From: Raphidiopsis brookii D9
GTDB lineage: Bacteria > Cyanobacteriota > Cyanobacteriia > Cyanobacteriales > Nostocaceae
Length of the DNA stretch: 32,000 bases
Reading direction: 5' to 3'
NCBI GenBank assembly: GCA_000175855.1
Contig: ACYB01000035.1
Location: 240,001-272,000 of the forward strand
Shown here: positions 26,150 through 32,000 of the stretch, piece by piece
Layout: each line of letters starts with the position of its first letter
Position numbering within the stretch: the stretch's first letter is position 1
Made by a program: the position numbers and the translations under genes
Notes under the pieces: generated by a model
Told to the model about the DNA's origin: nothing
Databases searched by the model: none
The model's input: the letters and a program-made list of their open reading frames with translations, nothing else

Positions 26150-27436
26150 TTAGGAAAAATTTTTTTTCTGCACCGGGCGATCGCCTATCTCATCTATCTG
26201 GGAGTTTTGTTCTGGTGGAAAAAACTCCAGGTGATAGCGATAAACAGCTACCGGTTGGGAACCAGCATGGAAATAATCCGGATCCTGGGGAGATAGATAA
26301 ACCGCAGTAACTTGCTCCGCTTCTATCAGAGGATTTGCCGTTGACGAGGAATTGAAGGTGGTAAGTTTATTGTTAGGTAGGTGATGATAGTCAGTAATGG
26401 ACTCTACCATGTTAAAATACGGAACCGAACCTCCTTTAAAATACTGCTCAAACACTTCTGCGCTGATAAAGTGTTGGTCAGATCTCTCCGTAGCGCGAGC
26501 GGTAATCAAGGAGACTAATTGTTTCTCTCCATGAAAAAAGGTAACTTGACGATTAGGAGATTGAGGATCTGCTTTTACAGCCAAGATTGCTTTATCTCCC
26601 AAATATTCTTTGAGCAAGTTCCAGCTATTGAATACTCTATCAGCTACTAAAACCCGTGATTTTTCCTTTCTCCAAAAGTCATACTTAGAGTTTTCTGGTG
26701 TAACCTCAATAAATCTGACTAAAAAACTGATTGGCTGGTACAGTTGCTTGTGGTTATTCTCAAACCCAGGACTGATAATATCTGGTGCTAAAGGAGCTAC
26801 CAAATCCACCAGAGTACTCTTGACTTTCCAGGTTCCCTTCATCCAGTTAGGATAGATTAGATCCCCCTGAGCAGGTTTAACCGAAGTTAATTTTTGCCAA
26901 TGACCAAAATCAGCCAATCTCTCCGCCAGTTCTCCCGCTTTAGCCTCTCCCTGGTTGAATGAAAACAGCAGAACTAAACAAAAGATGAAAATAACACTCA
27001 GTAGTGGAATATTCCATGATTTCATGGCTATAAAACTCGTAACTGGTAAAGGTTCCCAAACTTCACCATATTGTTCCCTTAATTGTAGCCAGTTTTCTAC
27101 CTGACCCATTTCATATTCTCCGGGTTTACCCCACTGCAAAAATAAACTCAGCGCCACTTCTTTCTTGTCATCTAAAAATCTAATGGCATAAGTGGTAAAA
27201 TTACCCCTTTTTGCCTCTCCTGTCTCAAATTTTACCTCCACAATTTTATCCATATTTAAATGAAATTCAAAACCATCATTGTGCATATTGGCATATTTTC
27301 CTTTAGCCAAGGCCGCATAGAATAATTTTTCTATTTTACCCCTTGCTTCCAAAACAGCAGCACTGCTAGTAACAATTAGTCGTAAAGTTCCTAAATTTTC
27401 ACAAGCTGCCAAAAATTCCTTTAATGTTGTGTTCAT
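26150..27436 (-). CDS. Hypothetical protein: N-terminal ChuX/HutX-like domain fused in frame to a TM segment and a large extracytoplasmic domain
   Basis: 428-aa ORF. Residues 1-130 resemble heme-utilisation ChuX/HutX-type proteins (GTLRLIVTSSAAVLEARG...FEFHLNMDKI). Residues 138-165 (MKSWNIPLLSVIFIFCLVLLFSFNQGEA) look like a signal peptide or TM segment. The function is not established. Confidence 0.6.
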   Translation of the reverse strand: MNTTLKEFLAACENLGTLRLIVTSSAAVLEARGKIEKLFYAALAKGKYANMHNDGFEFHLNMDKIVEVKFETGEAKRGNFTTYAIRFLDDKKEVALSLFLQWGKPGEYEMGQVENWLQLREQYGEVWEPLPVTSFIAMKSWNIPLLSVIFIFCLVLLFSFNQGEAKAGELAERLADFGHWQKLTSVKPAQGDLIYPNWMKGTWKVKSTLVDLVAPLAPDIISPGFENNHKQLYQPISFLVRFIEVTPENSKYDFWRKEKSRVLVADRVFNSWNLLKEYLGDKAILAVKADPQSPNRQVTFFHGEKQLVSLITARATERSDQHFISAEVFEQYFKGGSVPYFNMVESITDYHHLPNNKLTTFNSSSTANPLIEAEQVTAVYLSPQDPDYFHAGSQPVAVYRYHLEFFPPEQNSQIDEIGDRPVQKKNFS

Positions 27437-27471
27437 ATTCCGTAGTATTTGTATTTACTATTTAATTACCA

Positions 27472-28464
27472 TCAAAACTGGCGTAAGAACCTCAAGTCAC
27501 TGTTATACAAACGGCGGATATCATCAATTTGATGTAAAACCATGGCAAAACGCTCCACACCAAAACCCGCAGCAAAACCACTATAAATTTCTGGGTCGTA
27601 ACCTACGGATTTCAATACATTAGGATCAACCATGCCACAGCCCATCACTTCTAACCATCTACCATTCCATTCCAAATCTACTTCCGCCGAAGGCTCTGTA
27701 AAAGGGAAATAACTAGCTCTAAATCTTATGGGTAGATCTCCAAACATTGATTGTAAAAATACTTTTACGGTTCCTTTTAAATCTGTAAAGGTTAAACCTT
27801 CATCTACTGCTAAAAGTTCAATCTGATGAAATACCGCTGAATGGGTAGCATCCACATCATCTCTACGATAAACCCTCCCCGGAGCAACAATTCTCACCGG
27901 TGGTTCCTCCTTCTCCATATAGCGAATCTGTACCGAGGAGGTATGAGTTCTCAATAAATTTCCATCCGGTAAATAAAAGGTATCCTGCATATCTCGAGCT
28001 GGGTGGTCTGGAGGAGTATTCAGAGCTTCAAAGTTATAGTAGTCCGTCTCCATTTCAGTCCCTTGAGCTACAGTGTAACCCATACCCATAAATATGTCTA
28101 TGGCTTGGTCAATTATACCGTTTAAAGGATGAATCTTTCCCTGAGGTCGATATGTACCAGGCATAGTCACATCTAAAGTCTCTAACTCTAGTTGTCTCTC
28201 AATCTCTTGAGCTTCTAACTCCCTCCTTCTCAACTCCAGTCTTTCTTGGATGCTATCTTTAACCGTGTTGGCGATCGCACCGATTTTAGGACGTTCCTCG
28301 GCGCTCATATTTCCCATACTGCGTAAAAGCACCCCTAATTGTCCCTTTTTGCCCAAGTAATTAACTCGTAGCTCTTCCAGGCGTTCCCGAGTTTCAGTTT
28401 GGGCGATCGCCGTTTGTGCTTCCTCACGTAAAGCTAAAAGTTGATCTTCTAAAGTACTAGTCAT
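27472..28464 (-). CDS. pheS: Phenylalanine--tRNA ligase alpha subunit
   Basis: 330-aa ORF with class II aaRS motifs ([45 protein letters not shown]). Confidence 0.95.
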   Translation of the reverse strand: MTSTLEDQLLALREEAQTAIAQTETRERLEELRVNYLGKKGQLGVLLRSMGNMSAEERPKIGAIANTVKDSIQERLELRRRELEAQEIERQLELETLDVTMPGTYRPQGKIHPLNGIIDQAIDIFMGMGYTVAQGTEMETDYYNFEALNTPPDHPARDMQDTFYLPDGNLLRTHTSSVQIRYMEKEEPPVRIVAPGRVYRRDDVDATHSAVFHQIELLAVDEGLTFTDLKGTVKVFLQSMFGDLPIRFRASYFPFTEPSAEVDLEWNGRWLEVMGCGMVDPNVLKSVGYDPEIYSGFAAGFGVERFAMVLHQIDDIRRLYNSDLRFLRQF

Positions 28465-28611
28465 TGTTAATTAATCAGTAGTAAAAGGCAAAATATAATC
28501 TGCCAGCAATTGAAGTGGGAATTTGCCGCCCATATTCCAGAATAGCTTGACATGGTACTATGATATTCGAGCTCATAGATTAAAGTTGTGATAGTGAGTT
28601 TAATGCCTAAA

Positions 28612-29418
28612 ATGAGATTACTAGTTAGTAACGATGATGGCGTTTCCGCTTTGGGCATTCGTACTTTGGCTAACACTTTAGCTAGGGCAGGTCACGATGT
28701 GAGTGTAGTGTGTCCAGACCGAGAGCGCTCAGCAACGGGACATGGATTGACCCTACATCATCCCATTCGAGCGGAAATTGTGGAAGGGGTATTTGATGCC
28801 AATATACGAGCTTGGGCTTGTGATGGCACTCCCTCGGACTGTGTCAAGTTAGCACTCTGGGCATTATTGGATTCTCCTCCCGATTTAGTACTGTCTGGAA
28901 TTAATCAGGGTGCTAATTTAGGAACCGAAATCCTTTACTCAGGAACTGTTTCTGCGGCCATGGAGGGTATGATTGAAGGTATTCCCAGTATAGCGTTTAG
29001 CCTGACCAGTCACACTCACAAGGACTTTCAACCAGCTGCTCAATTTGCCCAACTGCTGGTTGACCATCTGGCCACAGCACCCCTAGCAGATTTAATGCTA
29101 CTCAACGTGAACATTCCTCCCGTTTCTTGGGAAGAAATTGCCGGTGTCACCTTAACCCGTCAAGGAGTACGTCGATATATTGATGTTTTTGATAAACGGG
29201 TAGACCCCCGTGGCAAAATTTATTACTGGTTAACAGGGGAAGTGTTAGAAGAAGTAGAGCCACCTGCGGGTTTAAACCTAATCAAAAACTTCCCCACAGA
29301 TGTAGAAGTCATCCGTCAAAACCTTATTAGTATTACTCCTTTACAGTATAATCTCACTTATGCTCAAGGTCTAGATAAGTTATCCATTCTGGATTTAAAG
29401 TTAACCAAGAGGAATTAA
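28612..29418 (+). CDS. surE: 5'/3'-nucleotidase SurE
   Basis: [20 protein letters not shown] is the canonical SurE N-terminus, and GINQGANLG and [11 protein letters not shown] motifs are present. The ORF is open from 28588; the start at 28612 is chosen by homology. Confidence 0.9.
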   Translation: MRLLVSNDDGVSALGIRTLANTLARAGHDVSVVCPDRERSATGHGLTLHHPIRAEIVEGVFDANIRAWACDGTPSDCVKLALWALLDSPPDLVLSGINQGANLGTEILYSGTVSAAMEGMIEGIPSIAFSLTSHTHKDFQPAAQFAQLLVDHLATAPLADLMLLNVNIPPVSWEEIAGVTLTRQGVRRYIDVFDKRVDPRGKIYYWLTGEVLEEVEPPAGLNLIKNFPTDVEVIRQNLISITPLQYNLTYAQGLDKLSILDLKLTKRN

Positions 29419-29424
29419 TTAGTT

Positions 29425-29832
29425 ATGTCTACAAAAGATACAAAATTTATCATCGACAAAACGGACGAAGAATGGAAATCCATTTTGACACCGGAGCAGT
29501 TTCAGGTGCTAAGAAAACACGGCACAGAACCTTCCCATACTAGTCCTCTGGACAAGAACTATGAACCAGGTACCTATGTCTGTGCTGGTTGTGGACAACC
29601 ACTATTTACTTCTGACACCAAGTATAATAGTGGCACTGGTTGGCCCAGCTTTTTTCAACCCATAGAAGGAGCCATTTCCACAACCGTAGACCGATCCCTA
29701 TTCATGACCAGAACGGAGGTTCATTGTAGCAAATGTGGTGGACATTTGGGACACGTCTTCAATGATGGACCACAACCCACAGGTCTAAGATATTGTATGA
29801 ATGGTGTTTCTCTAAAGTTTGAACCTATTTAA
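29425..29832 (+). CDS. msrB: Peptide-methionine (R)-S-oxide reductase
   Basis: 135-aa ORF with two CxxC zinc motifs (CAGCGQ, CSKCGG), GWPSF, and the catalytic RYCMNG motif. Confidence 0.95.
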   Translation: MSTKDTKFIIDKTDEEWKSILTPEQFQVLRKHGTEPSHTSPLDKNYEPGTYVCAGCGQPLFTSDTKYNSGTGWPSFFQPIEGAISTTVDRSLFMTRTEVHCSKCGGHLGHVFNDGPQPTGLRYCMNGVSLKFEPI

Positions 29833-29838
29833 AAAGTG

Positions 29839-29877
29839 GTGGAAGACCGGATCCGAAAATCCGTTTCTATCTTCCAC
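29839..29877. terminator. Compound hairpin between convergent msrB and MAPEG genes (candidate bidirectional terminator)
   Basis: The outer stem GTGGAAGA (29839-46) pairs with TCTTCCAC (29870-77). The inner stem CGGAT (29848-52) pairs with ATCCG (29859-63) and is followed by TTTCT. Confidence 0.45.
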
Positions 29878-29938
29878 TAGGGTGGATATATGCAGATACT
29901 AGGTGTATATCCAACCATAGTTGAGGTTTTGATGCTTT

Positions 29939-30349
29939 CTAGGTCCCTTTTAAAATACTGAGGACAAAAAGACTAATAATACAAGCAGAAGCAACTCCAA
30001 ACATCAAAGAGCGAAGAATGGGTATATTCAGTATGTAGAAGACTGAAAACAGAACCCGTGCTGTCAAGTAGGCGATCGCCACGTACAGTGCCAATTGAGA
30101 ATCCACTCCTGTTACATAAGCCATAAGAGCTGCAGTACCGTAAATCATGAAAGACTCAAAACAATTCTGATGGGCCCAGGTGGCTCTGCGTGCGTATGGT
30201 GGTAACTTATCAAACATAGAGCGGGGAGCGGACATGTCATAACCCACTTTTACCCTGGCATAGGCTACTAGTAGATACGGAAGATAAATTGTAACTGCAG
30301 CTAATGGGATGGAATACAGTAAGGTGGAAGGAACTGGAAGATTTAGCAT
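29939..30349 (-). CDS. MAPEG-family membrane protein
   Basis: 136-aa ORF with four hydrophobic segments and an RA..AH.N..E motif (RRATWAHQNCFES) typical of MAPEG proteins. Confidence 0.7.
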   Translation of the reverse strand: MLNLPVPSTLLYSIPLAAVTIYLPYLLVAYARVKVGYDMSAPRSMFDKLPPYARRATWAHQNCFESFMIYGTAALMAYVTGVDSQLALYVAIAYLTARVLFSVFYILNIPILRSLMFGVASACIISLFVLSILKGT

Positions 30350-30437
30350 TTAATTAAGATAAGATAAAGTACTGAATTACACAGTGGTATCGGAGATGTC
30401 TATTAATTCTCCATTTTAAACCGTGCGATCGCCCTCC

Positions 30438-31133
30438 TTAAATATTGCCATAAACGGGAATAGTCGCACCTCGGATATCACCAGCAGCTTCCGAAGCCAA
30501 AAAACAAATTATCTGGCCAATGGATTCGGGTTTCACCCATTCGCCAGCTTTTTCCACACCCATTGCCTCTCTATTCGTGGGTGTATCAATAACACTAGGT
30601 AAAACCGTATTGGCAGTGATATTAGTGCCCCTAGTTTCATCAGCTATAGCCTTAGTTAGAGCTATCACAGCGGCTTTAGAGGCAGAATAAGCTGCTAAGT
30701 TGGCAACAGGGTCTAAACCAGCACGAGAACTAACGGTAACAATACGCCCATAACCATTCTCTAGCATTCTTTTTAAACTATACTTACAGGTTAAGAAAGT
30801 TGTGTAAACATTTAATTCAAATTGATGTTTCCAGTCATCAAAACTGCACTCATGGGTTTTACCATAATAAAAACCACCGACTAAATTAATTAAGACATCA
30901 ACTCTAGTCATGCTATTAACTAGTTCTTCCACCGACAAATCGCTTTCAAGATTTACGGGAACAAATTTAATCCTGGCGATATCCGCAGGAGCTAAAACTG
31001 CTTTCAATCTTTCAACATGGCTAAGATTGCGATAGGGTATAGTGAGGTATGCGCCTTGGGCTAAAACTGTGGGTGTAACGCCTAAACCTAGTCCACTCGT
31101 TCCACCCGTTAGTAAAACTTGTTTTCCTTTCAT
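30438..31133 (-). CDS. SDR-family oxidoreductase
   Basis: 231-aa ORF with TGGTSGLG glycine-rich motif and catalytic YSASKAA. Confidence 0.85.
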   Translation of the reverse strand: MKGKQVLLTGGTSGLGLGVTPTVLAQGAYLTIPYRNLSHVERLKAVLAPADIARIKFVPVNLESDLSVEELVNSMTRVDVLINLVGGFYYGKTHECSFDDWKHQFELNVYTTFLTCKYSLKRMLENGYGRIVTVSSRAGLDPVANLAAYSASKAAVIALTKAIADETRGTNITANTVLPSVIDTPTNREAMGVEKAGEWVKPESIGQIICFLASEAAGDIRGATIPVYGNI

Positions 31134-31536
31134 GGAAAATTTCTCCAGATACTTTTTTGCTAACTAAAGTTAACAAATACATAATTTAAGGGTAAACCTT
31201 AACCAAGGACTATCAGCCATTGCACGAAGATAAATTCCTCCTCGTTTTACTCTAGCACTAGTTGCCAAAAATTAGCAAGTGGAAGTCTACTGAGGGATAA
31301 CCGCTCCCATGCTCCCGTTGAAGTAGAAAGTAAAGTCTAGTTTTGTCTAGGTTTTATATAGCAGTAAGAAAACCACAGGAATTAGTTTGGGATTAATTAT
31401 TAGGATCCTCGCTTATTGAGCTAATATCCGTCCCATCCTTTTATAATGAAAATTTGCACTTCATGTAAGTTGTAAGCGACAACTAACAAGAAAGTGAATG
31501 GAGGAAAAAACAGAGATATTATAAGGTAAAAATTCC

Positions 31537-31923
31537 ATGTCAATATTTAACACAGCCATACTTTATGACATTGAAAATCTCACTAAGGGCTATAGCTTTT
31601 CTAAAGACTTTATCAAAGAATTATCATTAAAACAGATATATCGCCAAATTCTGGAGGTAGACATTGTTAATAAAATTTGTTTACAGAGAGCTTATGCGAA
31701 TTGGAGTGACCATAGATTAAGTTTGCTCAGGGGAGAAATTAACGAATTAGGTATAGACCCAATTCAAATTTTTGGATTCGCACGTTATCACAAAAAAAAT
31801 GCTGCTGATATTCAACTAGTAGTTGATACCATGGATATAACTATTCGTTTTCCCCATATTGAAGTGTACGTAATTGTATCCGGGGATGGAGGTTTTGCTT
31901 CTCTAGCAAAAAAATTAACATGA
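31537..31923 (+). CDS. NYN/LabA-like domain protein, truncated as sequenced (the reading frame continues in a shifted frame to the window end)
   Basis: The ORF has the LYDIEN start and the VIVSGDGGFASLAKKL motif of NYN-domain proteins. After the stop at 31921-23, the frame starting at 31919 reads HEYGKQVIGCAYENAANDIFKSVCDYF, the expected continuation. Confidence 0.75.
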   Translation: MSIFNTAILYDIENLTKGYSFSKDFIKELSLKQIYRQILEVDIVNKICLQRAYANWSDHRLSLLRGEINELGIDPIQIFGFARYHKKNAADIQLVVDTMDITIRFPHIEVYVIVSGDGGFASLAKKLT

Positions 31924-32000
31924 GTATGGTAAACAAGTTATTGGGTGTGCCTACGAGAATGCAGCTAATGATATTTTTAAATCGGTATGTGATTACTTTA

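Noticed and set aside
28467-28676. 69-aa minus-strand ORF between pheS and surE
   Set aside because: It lies in the divergent promoter region and overlaps the surE 5' end. It has a hydrophobic low-complexity sequence and no support.

Overview
This window is Nostocales-type cyanobacterial DNA; I count 15 HIP1 octamers (GCGATCGC) by eye. Positions ~207-25447 hold a complete, compact (~25 kb) saxitoxin / paralytic-shellfish-toxin (sxt) biosynthetic gene cluster. Gene order is sxtO-P-Q-R-S-T-U (+), then sxtM, a third Rieske oxygenase (sxtDIOX/gxtA-like), a sulfotransferase (sxtSUL/sxtN-like) and sxtL-K-J-I-H-G-F-E (all -), then sxtA-B-C (+) and sxtD (-). This is a known system, not a new one. From memory, gene order and lengths match the Cylindrospermopsis raciborskii T3 / Raphidiopsis brookii D9 lineage, specifically the reduced D9-type layout with no sxtV/W/X and no sxtY/Z/ompR. 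I cannot run a search to confirm the strain. The right flank (25.5-32 kb) is housekeeping: tRNA-Thr(GGU), tRNA-Tyr(GUA), a 428-aa ChuX-like/membrane ORF, pheS, surE, msrB, a MAPEG protein, an SDR and a NYN-domain gene. The observations worth a second look are structural scars. (1) A 19-bp direct repeat with a HIP1 core brackets the cluster exactly. (2) Three truncated gene fragments plus two tRNA genes sit at the right border. (3) A TnpB (IS605 OrfB) relic lies between sxtU and sxtM, where the larger T3-type cluster carries sxtV/W/X/N. (4) A 3' relic of an sxtM-like MATE gene is wedged between sxtH and sxtI. (5) The third Rieske paralog shows a clear block-mosaic (gene-conversion) pattern. (6) sxtK and the NYN gene each carry a 1-nt frameshift at or next to an A7 run. 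(7) SxtP has a higher-order 3x147-bp repeat architecture. I found no CRISPR array, rRNA or intact mobile element.
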